This document shows, in pieces, positions 12,346 to 26,168 of a DNA stretch of 64,000 nucleotides; the stretch's first letter is position 1; each line of letters begins with the position of its first letter. Where the stretch lies: assembly GCF_006345805.1 (NCBI RefSeq), contig NC_043005.1, positions 54,746,001 to 54,810,000 on the forward strand. The letters are read 5' to 3'. The position numbers and the translations under genes are program-made. The notes beneath the pieces were generated by a model. That model was given only the letters and a program-made list of their open reading frames with translations. It searched no databases and was not told where the DNA came from. Source of the DNA: Octopus sinensis. Lineage: Eukaryota.

Positions 12346-13084
12346 CAAGCATGCATATATGTCTATGGATTCAAAGAAGTGTCTGGCTATCATAGAAAGC
12401 TCCTCTAACAGACTCAGCTAACAGTCTGCTTAGTAATCCAAAACAAATAAGTGTAATGTAAAGTGCCCATAACTGCTGACTTCCAGAAGCTCTGATTGAT
12501 AAAACTGTTTCATGAGGTGTGTATAGACTATAAAATCACACGGTATGAGAGGTGAATATATTTATTTAACCACTTAAAATCCTTACGGTTACAACTGCTT
12601 TGCAGCCTCCTTCAGGCAGTAATACTTTCTGTGTGGAAAAAATTAAGCTTTCATGTTTGCATTAATATGCATGCTCAGCATCATAAAATGCAGTTGTATA
12701 TTCATGTGATGTACTGGTGATCTCATACACTAGCTTTATTTATTTGCATTGATTTGTAAAAACTGCATCTCATTTTTGAAGCTCTGATGAAGCTATTAGG
12801 TGATACACAAGTATTGAACTATGAGTGAACTGCTTCTTATAGCAGAAACAGCTGTAAGCCAATGAAGTCTATTACATAATTTTTTATTTGCTTGTTATTT
12901 TCTTTTCTCATTTCTGCTCCGTAATCGAATGATACTTTGTACTGAAGCATATAGTATACTAAGTTATTATTATCACTATGTCTAAGTGAAATAATAAAAT
13001 ATATGCTATGCACATGCACACACACACACATATGTATGTGTATGTGTATGTATGTGTGCATATATATGTGTGTGTGTATATATG

Positions 13085-13129
<45 letters not shown>

Positions 13130-13179
13130 CATCTGTATATATATATATATATGCATATATGCATGTGTATAGATATATA

Positions 13180-13222
<43 letters not shown>

Positions 13223-13337
13223 GTATATATATATGTGTGTGTGTGTATGTATGTATGCATTCATGTGTACACACATAATTATACATGGACATTTTATGCA
13301 TTCATACACATGTATGTGTGTGTGTATGAGTGTGTGT

Positions 13338-13369
<32 letters not shown>

Positions 13370-13834
13370 GTGTCATCATATTCAATGTTCTCATGTTCAC
13401 TGTTCTCAACAGAATCGCAATAGCTTACACAATTTGATGAAAATTAAAGTGTTCCTATCTATGTAGAGAAGTAATTCCAATTATTGGAAACTGGATCATA
13501 TATCATTGATGCTAGAAAATGATGATTTAATTCACTATCATTCAGTCACATATGGTCAGGTTCTACTTCTTTTTCTTTTCCTTTTTGTTTTTTCTTTATA
13601 CATAATTTCAATCTATTTTATATTCACTGTAACATTTTCTCAGCCAAGTACGTATCGCTGCTTAAGCATGTGCTATTCATTCTATGTGAAAATGCTTTTT
13701 ATAAAATCCTTCAAGTTTGTCTTATCATAATAATAGTTTTCCATAGATGCTGGTGTGGCTACGTGGTAAGCCATTTGCTTCCCAACCGCAAGATTTCAGG
13801 TTCAGTCTCACTGTATAGCAACTTGAATGACTAC

Positions 13835-14585
13835 AAATTTTGGCACAAGACCATAACTACATCTATCCCAGCACTCAGCTGGTTCTTATTTTATCAAGCC
13901 CCAAAAGGATGAAAGACAAAGTCGACCTCAGTGGAATTTGAACACAGGACAGAAAGACAGATGAATGACTTCAAATTTTAGCACAAGGTCAGCAATTATA
14001 GAGGGGGAATAAGTCAATTACATTGACCTGGGTGTTCCACTGAAACTTATTTTATCAAACCCCAAAAGGATGGAAGGTAAAGTCAGCCTTGGTGGAATTT
14101 GAACTCAGAACATAAAGGGCCAGAAGGAATTTTGTTATATTTGCCCATCACACTAATGATTGTGCCAGCTCACCACTATCGTCTTGTCCTTCAGGCCTGA
14201 AATTTTGAAGGGAGGGGACTAGTCGATTACATCTGGTTCTTAATTTATCAACCCTGAAAGGATGAAAGGCAAAGTCGACCTTGGAGGAATATGAATCCAG
14301 AACATGTTGCAAAAAATATCAGCCCAGAACGTGTTGCAAAAAAAGGAGAGACGGTTAGCACTCCCCTTGACAAGGACGGAAGAGATCAATCGATCTTTCT
14401 AACAAATATGGGCATTGCTCTCTACTTCAGAGCAACCTATTTTTTACGTCCAACCCGTGCTAGCACAGAAAACGGACGTTAAACGATGATGATGAGGAGG
14501 AGGAGGAGGAAGAGGAGTATAAAGATAGACGAAATGTTACCCATCATTTTTCCCAGCATGCTAACGATTCTGCAAGTTCACTGCT
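13835..14585 (-). mobile_element. Cluster of 3-4 SINE family B fragments plus a short RTE tail
   Basis: Repeated AAAGGATGAAAGGCAAAGTCGACC..GGAATTTGAAC; RTE end at ~14445-14495. Confidence 0.75.
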
Positions 14586-15359
14586 TTTCTGTCTTTTATA
14601 ATAAAACCTGACTTGTTATTTGCAGTACACAACCAATGAATTGTAATACTTGCTACATAATGTCTCATCACTGGTAAATTGCCTGGCTATTGAGGATTGT
14701 ACATTAACTTCAGTTGTTATGATACCAGCAATAGATATGGATGTAATTATATTAGACAATAATTTACATGGTAACTAATGAGGCTGGGCATTTGACTATG
14801 TTGCCTGTATGACAAACAGTGTTGATTACAGTAAATTTGTTTGTATATAATTAAATTAAATTACATTAAACTATTTCTTTGAATTTTAAACATGTTTAAA
14901 GCAGCAAAGTCAAATTTTTAAAATTTAATTTTTATTTTGATTGTACCACAAGACTAAATAATGCCATCACAGGCACACTAAATTTGTTTGCAAATAATTT
15001 AATTAAATTCAATAATTTCTCTGAATTTTGAACATGTATGAAAACAGTAAAGTCATAAATTTTATTGAATTAAATCAATCACATGACAAAATCATGTGAT
15101 CATGAAATACCTTATTATTATTGATTATCATTTATTTAGAGATAACACAAAGGTGTGAATTTTATGGAATTTTATTTTTAAATTAATAAATTAAATAAAA
15201 GTTATCTGTGAGTTTCCTTTGGTTATTAACACTCATATTAAATCATGTACAATAATATTTTAAGTTACTACAGTATCTGATCCAGTTCATGGAATAGTTT
15301 GATTAAGATGAAAAGATGAAATAAATAACAATTAGTTTCAAAGATACTGCATGTCATTA

Positions 15360-15650
15360 AATATTTCTATATAAGACTGCAACATTTTTATATAAAGTTA
15401 TAATATTTCTGAAGACTGCAACATTTTTATATAAAGTTATAATATTTCTTGAGACTACAACATTTTTGTATAAGGCTGTCACACTTATATATAAGGTTAC
15501 AATATTTCATAAGAAGGCTACTATATTTCTATACCAGACTACAACATTTCTATGCAATGCTATAACATTTCAATATAAGGCTATGATATTTCTATCATAA
15601 CATAAAATCTCTATACAAGGCTACATTTCTTATAAGGTTACACATCTATA
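15360..15650. repeat. Degenerate ~21-22-bp minisatellite
   Basis: Units like ATATTTCTATATAAGACTGCAAC / CATTTTTATATAAAGTTATAAT. Confidence 0.75.
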
Positions 15651-16054
15651 GAATCCAAGTGGATGTAGACATGACCTGGTGATTGAGAAATTCATTCGTT
15701 AATCATGAAGTTCCAGGTTCAGTTCTACTGTGGGACCTCTTGGGAAACTCTCTTTCCACAATAGTTTGTGCTTAAGTTTGTGTATGAAACTTGGTTAGCT
15801 GAAATTGGGGGGAAAGTCTTAAGATGGATGGTACCTTTAAACCAAAGGCACAGTCTTGTCAAATATTGTTCATACTGCATGGCACCTTGGGCAAGTGTCT
15901 TCTACTGTAGTTTCAGTCCAACAAAAGCCTTGTGAGTAGATTTGGTAAGCAGAAACTGAATGATGCCTGTCGTATATGTGTGTGGTGTGTACATGATAAC
16001 ACTTCCAATCAGTTAAAATCAGAAGTCATGAGAACCAGTGCATTAAGGCAGTTT

Positions 16055-16097
<43 letters not shown>

Positions 16098-16683
16098 CAG
16101 CAGCAGCAGCAGTAGTAGTAGTAGTGTCATTATTGCTTTTATTATCATTATTACATTGTTATTATTTCTAACAAGATCACACTTTCCCAGGGACTGGGGC
16201 TTTAATTGATTTTGGTGCTTGAATGGAACTTATTTTACCAAGTCCAGATGGTTTGAAAAGCAGTACTTTAAAGAATATAATTGAATACTGCCAGGTCATT
16301 TAGTCCACAATTTCACTATGTCTTCAAACGATCCACTTATAACCAGAAGCAAATCATATCTCTCATCCAGACAGTTTGTTGTCGTTCCAAAAATGTATGA
16401 ATAGATTTATAGAATTTTAAGCATTTCAAAAATGAATTAGATTTAATAATGAAAAGAATTAATCATATTGAATGGTTATGGTTATGGAATAGATCTGTCA
16501 TCTTGGAAAATGTAACCAATTTTGAAATATTTCAGAGTTAGATATTTCTTGCATTGGGAAAAATAGATGAAAGAAATGAAAGAGATCATTGATACATATA
16601 TCATTGATATACATACATGCATATATATATATACACATATATATATATATATATACACACATACATATATATATTTATGTATG

Positions 16684-16714
<31 letters not shown>

Positions 16715-17022
16715 GTGTACATTTAAACACAAGAGAAAACTGCCTTCAACAGGCAGTTTTTACATGCTAGAAGAAGTAGTCAAAATGTCCAAAACCATAT
16801 TTAAGAGCAATCTTCAAAAGGAATGAAAAATAAAAAACTTCTACCTCATTATTTTAATCTGGTCAGACCTAGGTTTCAAAATTTTTTTAGTAAATAAAGT
16901 ACTTTTCTAGGTTAAATTTCTCATCAGTGACCTCACCATAACACTAACATATAATTAAGAGATGAATAACACATGTTTCATCGTTATACATTATAATTTT
17001 TCAAATTATATATATATATAAT

Positions 17023-17065
<43 letters not shown>

Positions 17066-17073
17066 GAATATAT

Positions 17074-17114
17074 AAATCTGAAGAATCCACTAGAGTGGAT
17101 GAAAGCGCTAATAT
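17074..17114 (+). ncRNA. Minimal type I hammerhead ribozyme
   Basis: aaat CTGAAGA atccac taga gtggat GAAA gcgc TA atat; perfect 6-bp stem II, palindromic stem III, weak stem I; inside a ~170-bp (TA)n-flanked block. Confidence 0.75.
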
Positions 17115-17230
17115 ATGATTTATAAAAGCATGTGACATATTAATAAAACTCTGTAAATATAAAATCATCCAGATTTCTGAATACCTTATTTCTTCTAATA
17201 TATAATACCTATACATCATTTCCAAACATA

Positions 17231-17264
<34 letters not shown>

Positions 17265-17657
17265 TTGTTGTATGTCCACATTTGGCCAAAAATTTTTTTT
17301 TTCAATATCTAATTTTGCTTGCAATTATAGTCAGTTCTTTCAGTCAAACTATTGTATCTGCAGCTGCTTCAGATGCCTAGATATGGAAATTGTCAAAGTG
17401 TCATACAACGGTTCAGTATTTTTCAAAAGTGTAGAAAGTCCCACATACAACTTTTTTTCCAAAACTATTTCTGACTGCAAACATCATAAATGCATGGAGT
17501 TACGATTTTATGCACCCAACAAAGTATTATTGTTAAGCTGAAATTGTTGCTAATGTAAACAGAAATGGAATGGTGAAACTATTTTTTCATTTTCTCATAA
17601 AGCAACGTTTTGGACTTAGGAAACGTTTGCATAATAGCAACAATATTATCATTACCG

Positions 17658-20417
17658 TCATCATCATCATTTAATGTCCCTTGTCCATGCTGGCTTGGGT
17701 TGGACGGTTTGACTGGGCTGGCATGCTGGAAGGCTGCACCAGACTCCAGTCTGATTTGGCATGGTTTTCTATGGCTGGATGCCCTTCCTAATGCCAACCA
17801 CTCTGAGATTGTAATGGGTGCTTTTATGTGCCATTGACATGGGTGCCAATTTGTGTGACACCAGTATCTGTCACGACTGCAATTTTGCATAGTTTGATGG
17901 GTCTTCTTTTCAAGCACAACATAATGCTGAAGGTCTTGGTCATTGCCTCCATGAGGTCCAAAACTCGAGAGGAACTCAGCCACTTTGCATCCTTCAGGCC
18001 CAACTTTCAAAGGATGATCTTTTCGTGCCATGGGTGCACTTGGCTTGATGGGTTCTTTCAAGTATAGTACATCACCAAAGGTCTCAGTCACTAGTCATTG
18101 CCTCTGTGAGGCTCAAAGTTCAAAGATCATGCTTCACCACCTTGTCCTATGTCTTCCTGGATCTACCTCTACCACAGGTTCTCCACAGTTAGAGATTGGC
18201 ACTTCTTTATACAGCTGTCCTCGTCCATAAGCATCACATGACCATACCAGCACAGTCATCTCTCTTGCACAGCACATATGATTCCTCTTAAGCCTAACTT
18301 TTCTCTCAAGATGCTTACATTTTGTCAAACATTCACACTGACATTACACATCCAGCAAAGCATACTGGCTTCATTTCTTTCAAGCCTTTGCATATCCTCA
18401 GCTGTCATAGTCAATGTTTCACTGCCATGCAGCATAGCTGTTTGCACACAGACATCAAACATTTTCTCTTTCACTCTGAGAGAGAGACCCTTTGTTGCCA
18501 GCAGGGCTAGGAGTTCTCTGGACTTTGCCCAGCCTAGTCTTATTCTCACAGCTGCACTCTCGGAGCATCCACCTCCACTAGGTAACAGAAACTATCTACT
18601 ACCTCTAGCTTGCCCTCCTTGCAGTAGATGGAGTCCTTTTTCTGCGCATTTTCAGGGCACCTTTCACATGTAAAACATTAGTTTCCCTGTTAACCATCCT
18701 CTGATGTTACTGCACATTCTATGTATCCAAAGCTTACACTGTGTGCATCTTATGGAGTTTCTACCTACACTTTTTCTGCAAATTGAGCAGGGCCATCTAT
18801 CTGAAGGGACTTGTGATTTGATAGCCTTCCTACTTACTATGACTGGTTTTTGCTAGGTTAACTCTAATGTCCTTTCATTCTAGATCTTCTCTAGTTCAGG
18901 TAATGATTCAGCTATAAGAGCAAGGTCATCAGAATAGAGGAGATCCCAAGGGCAACCTATCTTGAATTCTTCTGTTATTGCCTGGAGGACTATGATGAAC
19001 AAGAGGGGTCTGAGCACTGATCCTTGGTGAAACCCTACTTGTACTATGAATTCTTCACTGCACTCATTGCAAACCCTCACCTTAGTGGTAGCATCCTTGT
19101 GCAAGGCTTGTACAGTTCTCACCAACCATTTATGCATTCCTAGTTGACCACTAGAAAAGGGATTGGGGGACTCTGTCAAAAGCTTTCTCCAAGTCAACAA
19201 AAACCAAGTACAGTGGTTTATCTTTGGCTAGGTATTTCTCCTGCAGCTGCCTTACCAGAAATATAGCATCAGTAGTGCTTCTACCTGGCACAAAATCAAG
19301 CTGCATCTCATCTAGATTAACTCTCTCCCTAGCTGGTCTATGACTCTCTCCACAAATTTTATCACCTGATCCAACAATTTGATACCTCTGTAATCATTTC
19401 TAAGGTATCACCTTTACCTTTGTAGCAGTTAACTACAGTGCTGTTACACCAGTCATTGGGTATAACTCTTTCACAAACTACCTGATTTACAATGCAAGTG
19501 ACCAGACCATAACCCACACCACCAGATATTTTAAGCATTTCAGCAGTGATTCCTGATGGGCCAGGGGCTTTCCCTGTCTTCATATCCTTAATTGCTTTAT
19601 CTACCTGGGTACTGTCGATTCAGCTAGCTGGTCCCTCAATCAGGTCAACATTTGGCAGACTCTCCTCCCATTTATTCTCCATGTTCAGCAGTCTTTCACA
19701 ATGGCAACTCCAAGCCTCTTTCTTTCCAGACTCTTTAAAAGCAAGTCCACCATCATCCATGCAGGCACATTTCTCTCCTGTGACATCACAATTTTCTCTC
19801 ACACAGTCTTGCAATCCAAAATACTTCAATTCTTTGGTCCTCAAGACACTGAACATGAACAAAATTCTTTCTGCTTCTCCATTGGCTAGATATACTTGTC
19901 TCCTAGCTTTCCTTCTAGCTATCTGATACAGTTCCCCACTGCCTCCACTCTTCCAGGCCTTCCAGACCTGTTTCTTTGCTCTGATGGCCTTGTCTACAGT
20001 ATTGTTCCACCATTATGTTACCAAGGTCTGGAAAGGACTTTGCACCAGCCTTAGATTTGGTCTGTGGCAACAGCAAGCTGTATTACAAGAACTCCCAATT
20101 GCCCTTTATGCCACATGCTTGTAGCTCCTCTTTCCTCTCATCAAATTTCTCAATTAGGATGTCCCTAAATCTCTGACCATATGAAGGATCCTTAAGCTTC
20201 CAAATCCTTCTTTTCCAAATTGGTCAGCTTTTTGCCATCCTTCTGGCCTGGAGTCTAAAGTCATTAATGACTAGTCTATGCTGGGAGGGTACATTCTTCA
20301 CCACAGAATGTCCTTGTATTTAAGATCAACCATGCATCCCACTGTCTGGTGAGAATGAAATTCATGTAGCTAGCAGAGTCACCTGACTGATAGGTTATCA
20401 GGTGGCTGGCTGGCTTC
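17658..20417 (-). pseudogene. 5'-truncated RTE-clade LINE (end of endonuclease, RT, 3' UTR), with frameshifts and stops
   Basis: MKTGKAPGPSGITAEMLK..IPNDWCNS..YKGKGD; VGFHQGSVLRPLLFIIVLQ..WDLLYSDD; RIRLGWAK..MLHGSETL; KPASHLITYQSG; (GAT)n tail at 17658. Confidence 0.92.
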
Positions 20418-20453
20418 ATTTACTTGGTGCTGCAGATCATATATATATATATA

Positions 20454-20484
<31 letters not shown>

Positions 20485-20730
20485 ATGTATGTATGTATGT
20501 ATGTATGTATGTATGTATGTATATGTATATGTATGTATGTATGTGTATGTGTGCGTGTGTGTATGTATGTGTATATATATATATATATATACACACAAAG
20601 AGCTTCCACACAGTTTCTATTATAGCTCCGGGCTGACCAATGCCACATGAGTGAATTTGGTACACAGAAATTTTTAAAAGATTCTCATCTACACACCTAT
20701 ATATATATACATTTGTATACATGTACAGAC

Positions 20731-20776
<46 letters not shown>

Positions 20777-20785
20777 GTAGATAGG

Positions 20786-20834
<49 letters not shown>

Positions 20835-21139
20835 GGATAGATAGATGCTGTATAGCAAAAACAAAAAGTAATTAAAAAGATTCAAGTTAAAATCTGGTTA
20901 ATATTTTTCTTGTTTTTTTTTTGTAATGGAAAGAAATTGAAAGAAATAAAAACGTATTGTATCTAAAAGTTATTGAAGAATCTGGATTTAATCAGAACGT
21001 AAAGAATATTCATGCAATAAAAAGATAATTTGGAATGGCAAAATTACAAAAATTTCCCAAAGCTAAGAGATGAAGATAAAAAAAAACTCTAAATAGCACA
21101 ATAATAATAATAATGATCATGATGATCATGATGATGATG

Positions 21140-21190
<51 letters not shown>

Positions 21191-21208
21191 GTGATAATAA
21201 TAATGATG

Positions 21209-21255
<47 letters not shown>

Positions 21256-21256
<1 letters not shown>

Positions 21257-21312
21257 GAGTCGGGAAGACACTCGGCAAGAAATGGAAGCAAATTTGAAAG
21301 AAGAAAAAAAAA
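21256..21312 (+). mobile_element. Extreme 3' tip of an R4/Dong-like element inside (TAA)n
   Basis: GAGTCGGGAAGACACTCGGCAAGAAATGGAAGCAAATTTGAAAGAAG matches 58302-58350. Confidence 0.75.
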
Positions 21313-21333
21313 GTAATAATAATAATAATAATG

Positions 21334-21373
<40 letters not shown>

Positions 21374-21938
21374 TGACAATGATAATATTAATACTAAAAA
21401 CAGCAATTATATTGAGTTATAATAATAATGATAATGATGATAATAATAAAAAATATTATTGATGATGATAATGATGATGATCAGGATGATCAGGATGATG
21501 GTGAATTTTAAAACGCTGGCCCTGACAAAAATAGAAATGATCTTACTGATAAAATGCAGTTGCACTTTAAATCGCCAGCAAAACTTCCTAAATTTATATA
21601 TAAAATTTCTTGTTTCATGAAATAAAATGAAATAAAAAAAAGAAATTAGAAACAACAGAGAACAAAATCAAAATAAAAAAAATAAATACGATAGTTTTTT
21701 AATGAAAATGATAAAATATGTTGGTGAGATTTCCTGTATATGCATATATAAGTTTCTATGTGTGCGTGTTTGTATGTGCAAATATATATATATACACACA
21801 CATATATATATATATACATATATATATATACACATATATATGTATACATATATATGTGTGTGTATATATATATATATATATATGCATATGTTTGTATATA
21901 TATGAATGTATATATGTATATTTATGTGTGTGTGTGTG

Positions 21939-21983
<45 letters not shown>

Positions 21984-21994
21984 ATACACACGTA

Positions 21995-22064
21995 CCTGCT
22001 GAAGAAGACTTCGCCTAGCAGATTATTTTATTTGCTAAAAGAAGTCTGAAACCATTGGTCCAGG
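21995..22064 (+). ncRNA. Minimal type I hammerhead ribozyme, canonical core and GUC site
   Basis: cctg CTGAAGA agacttc..tagca..tgcta..gaagtct GAAA ccattgg TC cagg; predicted cleavage after C22060. Confidence 0.88.
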
Positions 22065-22326
22065 AGTTAGATGGTAAATGTTTTATTTTCTATTCCCTTC
22101 GAAATTTTATCCCTAACAGTGGTTTGGAATTTAACTGTCCTCTCTAGCATGCAAGGAGTTCTATGATGGATGCCTCTTATGTGTTTAAATGTACACTGCA
22201 TTTATATGAATAATATATAGTCTATTGACTAAATTTTTACATGCTAGGCCACTGGTAATGGAAATTTCTAATATTTCTGATTACCTTTTGATATTATCTA
22301 TCTATCTTTTGATTACCTTTTGATAT

Positions 22327-22380
<54 letters not shown>

Positions 22381-22623
22381 AGATAAGAAAATGGAGAAAT
22401 ACATCTAAATCAAATATCAATTACCAGATAATACTCAATCACATATTTTATTAAATCACCACATAAGAGACTGTAGGGTTAAACATAAAAAAGCAAAACA
22501 AATCAGTGTACATAAAGGAATGTACATAAAAAAGTGTACATAAAAGTGTAATGTTGTATAATAAGTAGAATATATATAAAAAATATAAATATATAAAAAT
22601 ATAAATAAATATAAGTATAGATT

Positions 22624-22754
22624 ACATCTTACAGCTGTTTCGGCCATGTAGATAAGTATGTCTCATTTTACCAATATTAGCCTTTTATGGTAGGTCAATA
22701 TACAGATATAAATGAGACATTTACAAAAATATCATAAGGCCTCTTCGGAGATAT
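22624..22754 (-). ncRNA. Hammerhead ribozyme variant (U4C) with long stem II
   Basis: Minus strand: atatct CCGAAGA ggcc..atgtctcattt..aaatgagacat..ggcc GAAA cagctg TA agatgt. Confidence 0.7.
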
Positions 22755-22873
22755 ACATATACATATTAGTGCATATACTCACACTCCTATACATATAAAA
22801 ATATACATATACATAATGATGTAAATAAATAATATAAATTAGTAAACATATATATGTTCCACATTCAATGTTT

Positions 22874-23748
22874 CAGATAGCTTCCATTACCTAGGTGACC
22901 AAGTCAGTAGCAGGAGTGGATGCTCCGAAATTGTAGCTGCAAGAATAAGAATAGCCTGGGCAAATTCAGAGAGTTCCTACCTCTGCTGGTGACAAAGAGA
23001 CTCTTGCTCAGAGTAAAAGGTATACTGTGTGATGCATGTGTGCAAATAGCCATGCTACATGTCAGGCTGTGACTGCTGAGAGATGACTGCACTGGTATGA
23101 TCATGTGTTGTGAATGGATGAGAACAGTTGTGTGAAAAAGTGTCACACCCTAGCAGTAGAGGGCACCTGTGGAAGAGGTAGACCCAAGAAGATGAGGTGG
23201 TGAAGCACGACTTTTGAATATAGGGCCTCACTAATGCAATGACAAGTGACCGAGAACTTTGGAGATATGCTGTGCTTGACAGGACCCGGCAAGCTAAGTG
23301 AGACCATAACCGTGGCCTATGGCAGTGCAGCATAACCAGCGCATTTAAGAGTACTCTTCAACCACTAGGCAATAAACTGCCCTTCCAAAGAACTGTTGAG
23401 GCAAGCGAAATCACTGTCATGGCCAATGACAGTTCCACCTGAATGGCACCTGTGTCAGTGGCATGTTAAAAGCACCAGTTGAGCATGATCGCTGACAGTG
23501 CTGCCTGACTGGCTCCTGTGCTGGTGGTACTTAAAAAACACCATTTGAGTGTGAGTGTTGCCAGTGCTGCCTGACTGGCTCCTGAGCAGGTGGCACATAA
23601 AAAGCACCCACTACACTCTTGGAGTGGTTGGTGTTAGGAAGGGAATCCAGCTGTAGAAACTCTGCCAGTTCAGCCTTCTGGCTTGCCAGCCCTCAGTCAA
23701 ACCGTCTAACACATGCCAGCAAGGATATGACGATGGTGATGATGATGA
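22874..23748 (+). mobile_element. RTE LINE 3' fragment
   Basis: Homologous to ~17660-18580 in opposite orientation (AGAATAAGAATAGCCTGGGCAAA, GGAAGAGGTAGACCCAAGAAG); (GAT)n tail. Confidence 0.85.
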
Positions 23749-23804
23749 TATATATATATATATAAACATACATATATACACATATATATGTGTATATTTA
23801 GTTT

Positions 23805-24195
23805 TTTATTCTTTTACTTGTTTCAGTCATTTGACTGTGGCCACGCTGAAGCCCTGCCTTTAGTTGAACTAATCAACCCCAGAACTTATGCTTTGTAAGC
23901 CTGATACTTATTCTGTCCGTCTGTTTTACCAAACCCCTAAGTTATGGAGATATAAACACACCAACACCAGTTGTCACACGATGGTGGGGGCGGGGGACAA
24001 ACACAGACATGCAAATGCATACATACATACATACATACATACATACATACATACATACATACATACATACACATATATATATAACGGGCTTCTTTCAGTT
24101 TCCATCTACTCACAAATCCACTCACAAGGCTTTGGTTGGCCTGAAGCTATAGCAGAAGACATTTGCCCAAGGTGCCACACAGTGGGACTGAAACA
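23805..24195 (-). mobile_element. SINE family A
   Basis: TTTACTTGTTTCAGTCATTTGACTGTGGCC...CTTCTTTCAGTTTCC...TTGCCCAAGGTGCCACACAGTGGGACTGAA. Confidence 0.85.
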
Positions 24196-24236
24196 GGAAC
24201 TAGATATTGATCTATCTATCTATTTCTCTCTCTCTG

Positions 24237-24294
<58 letters not shown>

Positions 24295-24518
24295 CATGAA
24301 ATTACCAATTTCTATTTAACTTCAGACGTGAGAATTAGCCTGTGCATTTCAAATGCAATAATACTGATGATGACAATGATGATGAGAATGCGGATGATGA
24401 TGATTATGATACATTTAAATTGCACTGCTAATAATGTAAGAGATGTGTCAAAATACTTTTCAGACATATAGGTTCAATAAAAAAAAACACCATCTCAAAT
24501 GTACAAAATACTGATATT

Positions 24519-24558
<40 letters not shown>

Positions 24559-24970
24559 ATACACTGATGACAGGTCAATACCCAAAAACTTGGGTCCATG
24601 TGTATCATGTCAGGCCGGAGATGGGAATGATAACTTCCCTTTGCAAATACTGATAGGGCACAGAAAGTGTCAATAACCAGCTGGAGGAAATATTTTCTTG
24701 GAGCTACAAGCTACTGTAGCCTCGACCCTTAAGTGTTAGCCACATTTAGGTGGCAAATATACTTCACTATATCGCCATGATAGATCGTTAGTCACTATGC
24801 AAATTTTTTTCTCTCCTTGTTTCTCTCCTTGTTTTTTTCTTTGTCCCTTTCTGTAGAAGAGTGTAGGCTCGAAACGTAAAAGACTTTTTCTATTCCTGAC
24901 CATTATACTAATACATCTGTTTGTTTTGTATACCACCTGTCTTCATCTTTTGTTTTTTTTTGCAAATTCT

Positions 24971-25034
<64 letters not shown>

Positions 25035-25049
25035 GTATATATATATACA

Positions 25050-25552
25050 TCCAACCATGCTGGCCGTCCAACCCATGCTAGCATGGAAAGCGGACGTTAA
25101 ACGATGATGATGATGATGATGATATATATATGTACCGTCCGTTCGTGGCCGTGTGCCAGCTCTGTCTGGCAACCGTGTCGGTGGCACGTAAAAGCACCAT
25201 CCGTTCGCGTCCGTTGCCAGCCTCGGCTGGCCCCCGTGCCGGTGACACGTAAAAGCACCGTCCGTTCGTGGCCATTTGCCAGCTCTGTCTGGCCCCGTGT
25301 CGGTGGCACGTAAAAGCACCATCCGTTCGTGGCCGTTCGCCAGCTCTGTCTGGCACCTGTGCAGGTGGCACGTAAAAAACACCCACTACACTCGCGGAGT
25401 GGTTGACGTTAGGAAGGGCATCCAGCCGTAGAAACACTGCCAGATCTGACTGGGCCTGACGAAGCCTTCCAGCTTCACAGACCCCAGTTGACCCGTCCAA
25501 CCCATGCTAGCATGGAAAGCGGACGCTAAATGATGATGATGATGATGATGAT
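25050..25552 (+). mobile_element. RTE 3' UTR fragments with ~62-bp tandem units; CpG-rich, probably young
   Basis: 4 x (ACC.TCCGTTCG.G.CCGT.GCCAGC...GGTG.CACGTAAAAGC) then the RTE terminus and (GAT)n. Confidence 0.85.
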
Positions 25553-26168
25553 ATATATATATATATATATATATAGTGAGTTTAAACTATAGTTTAAATA
25601 TATATATATAGTAAATTTAAATAATAGTTGTGCATATATTTGAACCATTTTCTATTTTTAATTCTCGTAGTCATAGTTTGTAGTAGCATTATGTATATAA
25701 GTTAGCATAAAGTTTTTTTAATATATATTACTTAATTAGAATAAGATTTGACTTAGATGTTTATTAAATAAACAAATAAATAAATAATTTAATTTAATGT
25801 ATATTGATTAAATTATAATATTTTAGTTTTCATTTAATGTATATTTTGTATATTATATATATATACATTTATTTTGGTTTAAATATTTTATTTTAATTAC
25901 TTGTATTTGAATTTTCTAGTAATGATATATTATCGTTTGTTATTTTTTTCTTATATAAGTTAAAATTTATTTTCATAGATATAATAAATATTTATATCTA
26001 TTTATTCCAGAATATATTTGTTAAGATATTTTGTGTTTGTATTTTATGATATATTACTGTATTTTGATCGATTTTTATTGTAAATTTACGTATCTTTATG
26101 TATATATTTTTTCTTGCAAGATTATATACATATATTTATTTATTTGATTATTTTATTGTTTTTATCTT

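Noticed and set aside
14830-15070. ~147-bp diverged tandem duplication (also ~82 bp at 35710-35855)
   Set aside because: Ordinary local duplications in AT-rich DNA with no further signal
16736-16770. 10-bp hairpin plus T run and CTAG (terminator or Helitron end)
   Set aside because: Bacterial terminators are irrelevant here; CTAG is not followed by T and no other Helitron evidence was seen
24558-24605. CTGATGA-containing hammerhead remnant
   Set aside because: GAAA is lost and stem I is out of register; probably a decayed copy, so not counted
25133-25380. Regularly spaced GC-rich repeats resembling a CRISPR array
   Set aside because: Whole units are homologous with no unique spacers; part of an RTE 3' UTR in eukaryotic DNA with no cas genes
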